32,000 nucleotides of DNA from Telmatocola sphagniphila (lineage in GTDB: Bacteria; Planctomycetota; Planctomycetia; Gemmatales; Gemmataceae), in the NCBI RefSeq assembly GCF_018398935.1, contig NZ_CP074694.1, positions 6,450,001 to 6,482,000 of the forward strand, written 5' to 3'. Below the pieces are notes generated by a model. That model was not told where the DNA came from, did not search any database, and saw only the letters and a program-made list of their open reading frames with translations. Both the position numbers and the translations under genes were made by a program. This document shows, piece by piece, positions 8,001 through 15,364 of this stretch (position 1 is its first letter; each line of letters begins with the position of its first letter).

Positions 8001-10962
8001 CATTCTGAACGACGCGAAGAATATCTTCCGGTTCGAGGATCTGCAGAGCCTGATCGCGGTAGGACATCAGCCCTTCGGCCACGACTGGTTGCTTCTGGAT
8101 TTCTTCCCCGATGAACTCGAGAGCTTCCTTCTTTTCTTCTTCGCCGCGAGCGAGATTGACAAGTTCGCCAATAGCGAGGTCGTTATCGACGGAAAGTCGG
8201 ATGACCTGTTCGTAAGCTTCGCGGGCCTGTTCGACACGATCGGCCCGAGCATAAACGTGGCCGAGAGTGTAATAGTAAGAAGGACTCTCGGGTTCGATAT
8301 TCTTGGCGAAATCGAGTTCCACAAGTGCTTCTTCGCAGCGGCCCCGGCTGGCCAGGTGTAACGCCAGTTCCCGATGGGCCCAGGCATCCTCCGGGCAATC
8401 GGCAATCATCCGTCGAATAACCGCCTCGGCGGGGAGTTCTTCGTTGCTGCCGCCGGGAGGGATGTTGTCGGAGCGGTGCCACTCGATCAGAAGTTGCTGG
8501 AGCGGGTAGAAGTGCGGGAATTTTTTGCAGGCCGCTTCCAGCCCGGCGATCGCGGCCTCCCGGCCTTCCAGATCGGAAACGAGCCGGACTTGACTCCGGT
8601 AGGCTTCCAGATTGCGGGGTTCTTGTTCCAGAATCAGACCGTTGTATTTGAACGCGTCCAGGAGTTTGGCTTGCTGGGAAGCCAGTCGGGCCGCGCCGCG
8701 AGCGAAGGCAACGGGGCTCAGCCGTTTTTCGGCTTCCGTCATGGCTTCTTCGACTTTGTCGGCATCGTTGAAATTCAGCCGCATCTCGGCCAGGAATAGG
8801 TAGAGGTCGCCGACTTCTTCAAGGATGGAAGCTTTATTCCGCTCGGGATCCAAATTGGCCGCGGAAAGTGCCTGTTCCTCGGCCGCAATGGCTTCGCGAA
8901 TCGCCTGAAAGCCCTGGTCGATTTCGTTCTCTTCAATGTAGGCGTAGAAGAGCGCTCGAGTCGTCTCAGCGGCTCTCGCCTTGGCACGATTGTGACGAGC
9001 TTGCAGGAAGCGTTTGGCTTCGGGAGCCTGTCCCTGGCTGCGGGCCGCACGCCAGTAACTCTCGGCAAACTGTTCATCCTTGTCTTCCAGCGCCGCGGCC
9101 ATGCGATAGACTTCGGTCGCTTCTTCGTATTCGCGCTTTTCCCAGAGCAGGCTGGCTAGCAAATAGTAGGCGCCGGCATTGTGCTGTCGTTTTCGGATCG
9201 CCCGGCGCAGGTACGTGATAGCCGGGCTGTAAAGTCGGAAGTCGGCCAGGGCCATTTGAGCAAAATATTGTGCGAATAACGGCTCACCGTCGAATTTTTC
9301 GACCTGTTCGTTGGTCAGCCGGTTGCGTTCCTCCCGACGGCCGAGTTCGCGCAGGGAGTTCATCCGGGACAGCTGGAAATTCACATCGTTGGGATAGAGG
9401 CTCAGCAGTTGATCGAGTTGTTGAACCGTCCGGGTCGGATTCGCATCGTAACGGGCGAGAGCCAGTCGACCGAGTAAATCCAGCCGCTGATTGCTCGACT
9501 CGCGTTCTTTCAGCAGACCGTCCGCGGTAGCGCGGTCGTCTTTGGCCAGGGCCGAGAGTACGCGATAGAGCCGGTCGTATTCCGCACGCTCGACGAAGGG
9601 GATTTTTTCAAAGCGATCCGCTTCGGCGGCGGGCAATATGGCCAGGAGCCGGGGACCGATCGAAGCGTAGCGTTCCAGAATCGGGGAGATGGGAGCTTCG
9701 TTGGCTTTGCGTTCGCCGTTGTCGATCATCCAGATCGATTCGCGCAATCTGTTGCAGCCCATGGCCACGAAGGAATGGGTGTAGCCGGAATCGACGAGGG
9801 TAATCAGGAAGGGGATGCCGTTTTCGAGCAGTGCATACACCGTATCGGGTGCAAATTGAGCTTCCACACAGCTAAACCCGAGCGATTCCAGCCAGGCTCT
9901 TTCACGAATGTCGGGAAGACCATCGGAGGGAGGGGTATCGGAAGGTTGGAAAAGCCCTTCGGTCTTGCCCCAGAACTTCGCCAGAAGTTCGGCGGGGGGG
10001 GTGTCGACCGGCGATTTGCGAACCGCAACTCCGGCCGGGGTTTGATCGAGCCGAATCGACGCAGGGATTGGGCCGGACAGATTGTTCAGTCGTTCGGCGA
10101 ACTGAGCGTAAAAGGGCTCCTTGTCCAGCACGGCCAGCGGAGCCTGACTCTTGGCCATTTCCAGATCGCCCAGGAAGAACGCCGTGTCGCAGCGCCGGGC
10201 CGCCAGCCATTTCTGGACGTCCTCTTCAAGTAATGGCGACAATTCGGCGTAGCGTTCGTAATTCTTGCGGGCCGCTTCGACCATCCCCAGGTCGAGTTGA
10301 CCACTGGCCAGATGGGCCACCACGAGGCCGCTCTCGATATGCTCGCAAGCCCGTTCCAAAACTTCCAGTGCTTCCTGCTCCCGACCCATGCGCTGAAGCA
10401 GATGAGCTTCGGCCTGCACGCCGGGCCGGAAATAGGGAGAAAGTTCCTGGCTGCGGCGAGCACAGGCGAGGGCTTCCTCATAGCGCTCGGAAAATTCGTA
10501 GACGGAGGCTCGTTCGATCAACAGCCACGGCCGGTCGGGGGCAGTGGAATCGGCCCGGTTCAGCAGACGTTCGGCTCGGTCGAAGTCGCGCAGTCGGCCG
10601 GCGATGAAGCCTTGCAGGCCGATCCAGTCGGCCCGGACGTTCGGGGCGGCATCGTACCATTCCATGTGCTGGCGCATGAAGCGCCAGGTGGCTAAGGGGC
10701 CGAATTTTTCGAAACGGTAGCGGGCGTTGTAGTATATGGCTTCGTGGTAGGTCGGATTATCGCGGAAGGCTCGCAGGTGCAGCCAGTGGCCCAGACGCGG
10801 CGCGCCCAATTGGATTACCAGTCGGCCCCCCAGCAGGCGCGCGGCGGGGTTGGACCAATCCTTAATCGGGCCCAGTTCCTGAGCTTTCTTCCATGCCCGA
10901 AGATACAGTCCTTTGCCGTACAATTCGCGGACGGGCGCCAGATCCGACAGTGGGATATCCAT
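5059..10962 (-). CDS. giant tetratricopeptide-repeat (TPR) protein, 1967 aa
   Basis: This is one uninterrupted 5.9-kb ORF with TPR-like helical repeats throughout. Two ~276-aa modules share a YYWGWQQLA motif. All other track ORFs in 5253-10695 are alternate-frame or antisense shadows of it. Confidence 0.9.
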   Translation of the reverse strand: MDIPLSDLAPVRELYGKGLYLRAWKKAQELGPIKDWSNPAARLLGGRLVIQLGAPRLGHWLHLRAFRDNPTYHEAIYYNARYRFEKFGPLATWRFMRQHMEWYDAAPNVRADWIGLQGFIAGRLRDFDRAERLLNRADSTAPDRPWLLIERASVYEFSERYEEALACARRSQELSPYFRPGVQAEAHLLQRMGREQEALEVLERACEHIESGLVVAHLASGQLDLGMVEAARKNYERYAELSPLLEEDVQKWLAARRCDTAFFLGDLEMAKSQAPLAVLDKEPFYAQFAERLNNLSGPIPASIRLDQTPAGVAVRKSPVDTPPAELLAKFWGKTEGLFQPSDTPPSDGLPDIRERAWLESLGFSCVEAQFAPDTVYALLENGIPFLITLVDSGYTHSFVAMGCNRLRESIWMIDNGERKANEAPISPILERYASIGPRLLAILPAAEADRFEKIPFVERAEYDRLYRVLSALAKDDRATADGLLKERESSNQRLDLLGRLALARYDANPTRTVQQLDQLLSLYPNDVNFQLSRMNSLRELGRREERNRLTNEQVEKFDGEPLFAQYFAQMALADFRLYSPAITYLRRAIRKRQHNAGAYYLLASLLWEKREYEEATEVYRMAAALEDKDEQFAESYWRAARSQGQAPEAKRFLQARHNRAKARAAETTRALFYAYIEENEIDQGFQAIREAIAAEEQALSAANLDPERNKASILEEVGDLYLFLAEMRLNFNDADKVEEAMTEAEKRLSPVAFARGAARLASQQAKLLDAFKYNGLILEQEPRNLEAYRSQVRLVSDLEGREAAIAGLEAACKKFPHFYPLQQLLIEWHRSDNIPPGGSNEELPAEAVIRRMIADCPEDAWAHRELALHLASRGRCEEALVELDFAKNIEPESPSYYYTLGHVYARADRVEQAREAYEQVIRLSVDNDLAIGELVNLARGEEEKKEALEFIGEEIQKQPVVAEGLMSYRDQALQILEPEDILRVVQNVLDEKPEIWQAWSVAIQLLSMSGRMEEAKELAKGATETFPLVSRLWVDLAEICEATEDIETQLNALRRALEISPNWGFAARELSECLEESHPEEARVVLEQAVARSPLDPVNHGYLADHLWNVGESEEAFSRLCLALKLDPGYEWAWRALGEWAERMEDGDRALTTVREVAHLRPGDYRTWLALARMLSGPAHHDEALDALNRAIKLNARCIEAYDMKAERLAEIGRYDEAKTAATPSIFDPDPPMILQGRAAWVEARRGNLPQAIREMQALVTLEPHYYWGWQQLAEWHNEMNNSEEFLEATRKLVEMRPDSPVALAMRGEAKLQVGDKEGAHEDLREAQQLAPAYSYAGMLLFDSLIQEEEYEAARPVLAVLQEHVGGSGQPFVLARHAQLAARTQDEEGGESALREVCTLPCDSTWPINTAVSELRNAGYTKMVDRVLKEILETEPKFHPYILMSWIEGPSGQASEADEKLQMMDKVITAIPDSFQAYDMKAELLSRLGRYDEALQTCKPDVFPPDEIPLALRGRSAWVLGSQNRLDEAIAAMKTLLEEDPEYYWGWQQLANWYDSTGNHQEYLSAAESLVKLDPGNPASHAYRGEAKLYGGDRRGAKVDFQKAFELDNSYAFAGLHLIDEQLADGELEAANGTLARLQEHNDGPYIRLRALRLAARKKDAEGCRDIFRSLALDENAPAMVVNKMIESLQQSGYKAEVDNWLTELIDEPEATPIVGKLWIEHKAAQNDYDFESKLPELMERGEIGQEAVFAAVEACAKPNQRTRLDRLLEKYRPTLERDNRGWAKVALAYEAVNELKEGAKWIEDWPNRQPESPWIFHPPALILRALGQYEQAEEITRRALDLDDEDSSVPEFRVWLAFEETLRGKTEEANAQLKLSNVQQLSDTARIIYTLTETLILVQQTSPKHRRGAFDEARRRVKECIFTYAPKVKSPDLSKSYQRFIRCLAKEVGGIEAWLWSMKQKINPPV

Positions 10963-11010
10963 TCGTTTCCTAAAAGCTTCGTCTTCGATCGGACATTTTC
11001 ACTTGAAAGG

Positions 11011-11037
11011 CGGCTCGTGGATTTTCGTGTCGAGCCG
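11011..11037 (-). other. stem-loop in the gap between the 152-aa ORF and the TPR gene
   Basis: cggctcg-13 nt-cgagccg forms a 7-bp perfect stem. A second small hairpin, ggtcc-tccg-ggacc at 11057-11070, sits directly after the upstream stop. No U-tract follows, so the role (terminator, attenuator or processing site) is unknown. Confidence 0.3.
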
Positions 11038-11071
11038 AACTTTCAAAAGTAATCGCGGTCCTCCGGGACCA

Positions 11072-11530
11072 TCAGTCGTTCTTTTCCTCTTTTTTAGCAG
11101 CATCGGCCAAGGGGCCAATTAAATTTAACATCGTGCCGAGTTGGCTGATGCGAATGGCATAACGGTCGAGAAACTCCGCCAGAGAAAAATCATCGTCCAA
11201 GACGGGATTGCCGTCGTCGTCGTGCAGTTTATCGGTTAGTTCCTGAATCAATTTCAGATAGGCGCGTTCGATCATCGGAACGCTTTCCCGGCAGGCGCCC
11301 GCCACCAGAGGGAATTCCCCTTCCCAACGCTCCAGCAGCTTTTTCCAGCGGGTATTCCCGTCGTGCTGGGCGTACATCGCCCGGAGGATCATGATCTGTT
11401 GCTTTTGCAGTTCCACCACCTGCTTGAGGAGTTCGGTGGAAACGTCGGGCTGCAAAGCGGTAGCCGGAACTATGGAACCGCTCGGCGGTGCAACCTCAAT
11501 CTGAAAATGCATACGGACCTCGTTCGGCAA
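11072..11530 (-). CDS. hypothetical protein (152 aa)
   Basis: ORF from the track with protein-like composition. It is co-directional with the TPR gene and queE downstream. No family recognised. Confidence 0.65.
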   Translation of the reverse strand: MPNEVRMHFQIEVAPPSGSIVPATALQPDVSTELLKQVVELQKQQIMILRAMYAQHDGNTRWKKLLERWEGEFPLVAGACRESVPMIERAYLKLIQELTDKLHDDDGNPVLDDDFSLAEFLDRYAIRISQLGTMLNLIGPLADAAKKEEKND

Positions 11531-11586
11531 ATTGGTATACCGCTATTATAGCGAACGGGCAAAGAGAAAACCGGAGTGAACGGGCT

Positions 11587-12042
11587 ATGTGGTCTAGGAT
11601 ATTTGGACTTTCCGATGCGGAACCGGCCCCCGCGGGTCTGCTGGAACATCTCCAGCAATCCGGTTTGAGCGTCCGCGGCCAGTTCCGGGGGGACGACTTG
11701 GGCTGGACGGCCGCGGAATTATCGGTCGGCACCGGCACCCCGGTCTATCTGGAGCGCTACCTGGTCAAAGAGGATAACCTCCGGGAGGATCTGAACGTCT
11801 GGGCCGGGATTCTGGAAACCTGCGATTACAGCCCTTTTGCCCAGGTTTTAATGGAAAAAGTGATTCAAAGCAAGCAAATGATTACGCTGCGCAAGCCGAT
11901 TGACCACAACAACGAATCCCAGTTGGAAGATCTGCTCGATTGGACCTGCCGTTGGCTGGCGCAGGCCACGGAGGGGATTTATCAGGTGGATGGGGCCGGC
12001 TGGTTCGATGCCAATGGCATGCGGCTGATTGAGGAGTATTGA
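11587..12042 (+). CDS. hypothetical protein (151 aa)
   Basis: I chose the ATG at 11587 (MWSRIFGLSDAEP...). The track start at 11488 would overlap the divergent 11072-11530 ORF. No family recognised. Confidence 0.65.
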   Translation: MWSRIFGLSDAEPAPAGLLEHLQQSGLSVRGQFRGDDLGWTAAELSVGTGTPVYLERYLVKEDNLREDLNVWAGILETCDYSPFAQVLMEKVIQSKQMITLRKPIDHNNESQLEDLLDWTCRWLAQATEGIYQVDGAGWFDANGMRLIEEY

Positions 12043-12085
12043 ACTCGCCCCCTCGATTCCTGGCTGAGCCTTCAAACGCTGGATT

Positions 12086-12379
12086 TCAGTTTTCAAGATC
12101 CCAAGGTCTTTCCTTTTTGAAGGCGGCAACGCATTTTTCGTAGGGAGGAGCAGTCAATTTGCCTCCTCTCAAGCCGTAATAACCGACATGCTCCGGCCAT
12201 TCGAGATCATCGATTTTTTGGGTTTGTATTTCCCAGTAGGAATACCGGCTGACGCCGCACTTTTTGATCATGCTCAGAGCTTTTTTCAATGTCGAAGCCG
12301 TAAAAAACACCATCTCGTCAAAGCGAAAATCTTCTTCCGTCCCCATAACCTCGTGATGCAGCACGATGTAAATCTGCAT
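12086..12379 (-). CDS. hypothetical protein (97 aa from the internal ATG)
   Basis: MQIYIVLHHEVMGTEEDF... starts at 12379 and is preceded by aaaggaag about 8 nt upstream. The track start at 12418 is an alternative. No family recognised. Confidence 0.5.
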   Translation of the reverse strand: MQIYIVLHHEVMGTEEDFRFDEMVFFTASTLKKALSMIKKCGVSRYSYWEIQTQKIDDLEWPEHVGYYGLRGGKLTAPPYEKCVAAFKKERPWDLEN

Positions 12380-12436
12380 GAATAGCTTCCTTTCGATAAG
12401 CGTTAGGGAAGCATTCAAAGAGATTTGAGGTATTTT

Positions 12437-13576
12437 TCAATCCTCTTCCCGACTGCCGCTTTTCAAGTTGATCATTTCCACACAGACGGCGAATGCCATG
12501 GCGAAATAGATGTAGCCTTTATCGATATGCTGGCCGACCGACTCGGCGACTAGCAGCACACCAATTAGAATCAGAAAACTGAGAGCCAGGATTTTCAATG
12601 TCGGATGCTTGGCCACGAAATCGCTGATTTTACCTGCGAAGGTCATCATGATGAACATGGCGATGATCATGGCCACGATCATGACCCAGAGTTCTTCCAC
12701 CATGCCGACGGCGGTAATCACGGAGTCGAGCGAAAAAACGATATCCAGAATGGCAATTTGAATAAGTACCTTGCCGAAGCTCACTGTCCGGGGCAGTGGC
12801 TTTTTCTCGTCGGTTGCTGAATTTTCGTCCTCGATGCTCTCGTGCATTTCCATGACACTTTTGCCAATCAGAAAGAGTCCCCCGGCCAGCAGAATCAGAT
12901 CGCGAAGCGAGATTTCGCGGGCATCCGCATCGGCGAGAAAGGGGAGTTCCGGGAGGGTGAAGAGCGGCTTGGTCAGCCCCAGCAGAAACGAGAGCGAGCA
13001 AAGTAACAGGATTCGCGTTCCCAAGGCGGCGATCAGGCCGAGTTTCCGAGCCCGCGGCTGCTTTTCGCGCGGTAAGCGACCGGCCACGATGGCCAGGAAG
13101 ATAATGTTGTCGATGCCGAGCACGATCTCCATGGCGGTGAGGGTGATAAGTCCCAATAGAAGGGAACCGAGGCTAGCGCCGACTCCTTCTCGGACAACTT
13201 TCAGATCTCGAATATCAGAGATGGATATTTGTTGCAGCTTTTCGCCCGTTTCGATTTCAAGGGATTTGATCTGGAGCAGGCCGCGGATTTTCTCGCGGTC
13301 GGTGAGTTCGAGGCTGTCTTTGGTGAGTTCCGAGTCGGCGGGCCGAAAGTCGATGGAGCGGAGATGGTGATAATCGACTTCGAGTAGGCCGTATTCGATG
13401 AGGATGGGAATTTTCGTGGTTTTCAGATGCCCGTGGAGCAGGGAGCCATCGCGCATTTCCAGTTTGACGGGAATGACGTCATTGGGTGGGGCGGGCGGAC
13501 GATCAGCGCCGAGGCTGAGGCACAGGGCGCAGCCGAGAACGAGCCAGGACAGTAGGCGCAGCTTGGGATACTTCAT
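12437..13576 (-). CDS. TerC-family integral membrane protein with an N-terminal extra domain
   Basis: The GIDNIIFLAIVAGRLP motif and multiple TM helices are typical of the TerC/Alx/YkoY family. The N-terminus has a signal-like peptide (LLSWLVLGCALCLSLGA) plus about 130 non-TerC residues. Confidence 0.88.
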   Translation of the reverse strand: MKYPKLRLLSWLVLGCALCLSLGADRPPAPPNDVIPVKLEMRDGSLLHGHLKTTKIPILIEYGLLEVDYHHLRSIDFRPADSELTKDSLELTDREKIRGLLQIKSLEIETGEKLQQISISDIRDLKVVREGVGASLGSLLLGLITLTAMEIVLGIDNIIFLAIVAGRLPREKQPRARKLGLIAALGTRILLLCSLSFLLGLTKPLFTLPELPFLADADAREISLRDLILLAGGLFLIGKSVMEMHESIEDENSATDEKKPLPRTVSFGKVLIQIAILDIVFSLDSVITAVGMVEELWVMIVAMIIAMFIMMTFAGKISDFVAKHPTLKILALSFLILIGVLLVAESVGQHIDKGYIYFAMAFAVCVEMINLKSGSREED

Positions 13577-13682
13577 GCTTCCCCCTAAGGATATCTTTAT
13601 TTCGTACGGGGCAGGGCGTTCTTTTAAAGGCGGTAGCGAGCAATGCGCCTATGCGTAGAGTATCCGTCATCAAGCCTTTTTG

Positions 13683-13766
13683 TTTAATAAGGCGCTCGAA
13701 GGACTTCCTTATTAAAGAAAATCGCGTTTTTCTTTAATAAGGAAGGAGATGGGCAGTCTTATTAAG
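13683..13766. promoter_or_regulatory. four alternating copies of the AT-rich motif TTAATAAGG/CCTTATTAA, including a 15-bp perfect hairpin
   Basis: The copies are tttaataagg (13683-13692), ccttattaaa (13707-13716), tttaataagg (13733-13742) and cttattaag (13758-13766), spaced 24-26 bp apart. The middle pair extends to ccttattaaagaaaa-tcgcgt-ttttctttaataagg (13707-13742). Any regulatory role is inference. Confidence 0.45.
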
Positions 13767-13858
13767 GGAATAGTGGTAAGAATGTTGTTGTGTTAGTACG
13801 TGGCGATGCCATCTCTGCTTACTTGTTTGACCGGTATTATTGGAGGGGGTTTGAACTA

Positions 13859-14197
13859 ATGAAAGAAGGTTGCACACCGCTTGAAGTTCTCGCAATCCTG
13901 AGTCTCAATGATTATGACCTTGCAGTACGTTGCCTGGAGGTGGTAAAGTTAAAACTTCATTCGATCTTGCCAGCTAATATCGGCTACCGCATCGAGTTGA
14001 TCCCACTCTGTCATCACCAACCCGACAATTACTACCCTGCATTAGGTGTATTTGGGCCACATTCGTTAAAGGACGCGGAAATGGCTGACAGGCTTATCAA
14101 TGCTTGGGTCGACCAGCAAGGAATTGACTGGCTTATTGCCCAGACCACTAGCTTAGAATGCCCGACTTGGGAGTCTCTCAAGAATAGTGGTATGTAG
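13859..14197 (+). CDS. hypothetical small protein (112 aa), island gene 1
   Basis: The ATG at 13859 is preceded by ggaggggg about 9 nt upstream. The track's GTG at 13790 is an alternative start. The gene is AT-rich. No family recognised. Confidence 0.55.
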   Translation: MKEGCTPLEVLAILSLNDYDLAVRCLEVVKLKLHSILPANIGYRIELIPLCHHQPDNYYPALGVFGPHSLKDAEMADRLINAWVDQQGIDWLIAQTTSLECPTWESLKNSGM

Positions 14198-14342
14198 GGG
14201 AAGAAATAGCGGGTGTTCGCAACGAGCGATTCATTTCTCCTTATACATCCATCACGGAAATCACACAACTCTGCAAGGGTTTTCGCGTGGATCTTGTAGA
14301 CCATTTGGCGTCCACATTAGTAACGCTCCTCTTCGAGCCGCG

Positions 14343-14571
14343 GTGGACGTAACTCGTTATTATGTAATGCTTTGTATGGCACTGGCTATGTCAGTGCGAA
14401 AAGGATCGGACGCCTGAAATGGCTTGGATCGCTATCCAGTGACGATGTGGAGCTAGGAATTCAATGGGTATGTTGTTGAGTGCGGTTGTTATTGGAAATA
14501 CGCACTGGCGAAGCCAGTTCCACACAAGAAAAGTCATGATAGGGGAAGCGGAAGGATCTGATCTGTGCCAC
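14343..14571 (+). repeat. island repeat, copy A
   Basis: It shares a 57-bp block (14343-14399) at 56/57 identity with 14997-15053. The body, gcgaaaagg..ctgaaatgg..atccagtg..ggaat..gaa..cgcactggc..gaaaagtca..ggaaggatc..gtgccac, aligns with copies B and C. Confidence 0.85.
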
Positions 14572-14609
14572 CCGGCCGAGAAAGGCCAATTCAATTGGGT
14601 GAAACGTCA

Positions 14610-14870
14610 CTATTGCACCAATTCATGAAGTCTCTTAATTGCATTGGACTGAATGTTCAGCTTCATAGCCAAAGTTTCTGCAATGGTGCATTCATCTGCA
14701 CTAATTGACACTTCGTGTTCGAAGAGTTGCTCGCATAGAATCTCTAACGCCAAAGCTTCTTCGTTATATCGAATATAGTCTAAAGCTTGAATTATGAGCG
14801 TCGAATCCAATCGCCCGGTGAAACGATCTGCAAATTCCAGAATTTTGCTTGCGTGATTCATTTTGCACAC
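14610..14870 (-). CDS. MafI-like immunity protein (86 aa), island gene 2
   Basis: ...YIRYNEEALALEILCEQLFEHEVSISADE... fits my recollection of the MafI immunity-family core (E-x-x-LALE-x-LC-x-QL-x-E-x-x-V-x-IS) and its size of about 80-90 aa. No toxin ORF is adjacent. Needs HMM confirmation. Confidence 0.6.
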   Translation of the reverse strand: MCKMNHASKILEFADRFTGRLDSTLIIQALDYIRYNEEALALEILCEQLFEHEVSISADECTIAETLAMKLNIQSNAIKRLHELVQ

Positions 14871-14921
14871 TGCCTTAGTTTAAAATTAATGGCGTTGGGC
14901 GAGACGGTCAATATGGGAGTT

Positions 14922-15226
14922 CGAGAAAGCTCGGGCATCTGAAATGTCTTCGAGCCTAATCCAGTGCCGCGGGATGGCACTGGCGAATCTGTATCAGTGG
15001 ACGTAACTCGTTATTATGTAATGCTTTGGATGGCACTGGCTATGTCAGTGCGAGAAAGCTCGGGCATCTGAAATGTCTTTGAGCCTAATCTAGCGACCAA
15101 CTTGAACCAGGAATCCCTGGGGTAGCTTTTTTTGTGGGAGCTTGTGATCGGGAACGCCCTACCAGATAGCCATGGGCACTGAAGAGAAAGTCAGGTAGGG
15201 GAAGTGGGAGGATCTGATGAGTGCCA
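14922..15226 (+). repeat. island repeat, copy B, with an internal 129-bp-offset duplication
   Basis: The head segment cgagaaagctcgggcatctgaaatgtctt[c/t]gagcctaatc[c/t]ag[t/c]g occurs at 14922-14966 and again at 15051-15095 (42/45 identity). The full unit body runs from 15030 to 15226. Confidence 0.85.
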
Positions 15227-15364
15227 AGCACCAAGCACCGTAAGTATTATTACTTATAAGGATTTCCAAGTCGAAATTGATTCTTTATAAAATTAGTAGA
15301 TTTCCAAGATCGCTTCCAATAATTAATAACTTAGTATTCGCTACCAGAATCTTTTGGAGATGGA

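Noticed and set aside
5253-10695. Many 60-305-aa ORFs on both strands inside the TPR gene region.
   Set aside because: They are alternate-frame or antisense shadows typical of GC-rich coding sequence, with Arg/Pro/Gly-rich low-complexity translations. The 1967-codon frame explains the whole region.
13577-13790. yybP-ykoY (manganese) riboswitch in the terC 5' leader, as is common for TerC-family genes.
   Set aside because: Reading the reverse complement, I did not find the conserved GGGGAGUAG-type and GAGAC-type loop sequences. The ttagggggaagc just before the ATG looks like a ribosome-binding region only. A cmsearch with RF00080 would settle it.
14391-14594. 67-aa Trp-rich minus-strand ORF inside repeat copy A.
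   Set aside because: It is antisense to the frame that is conserved between copies and is not conserved as an ORF in copies B or C.
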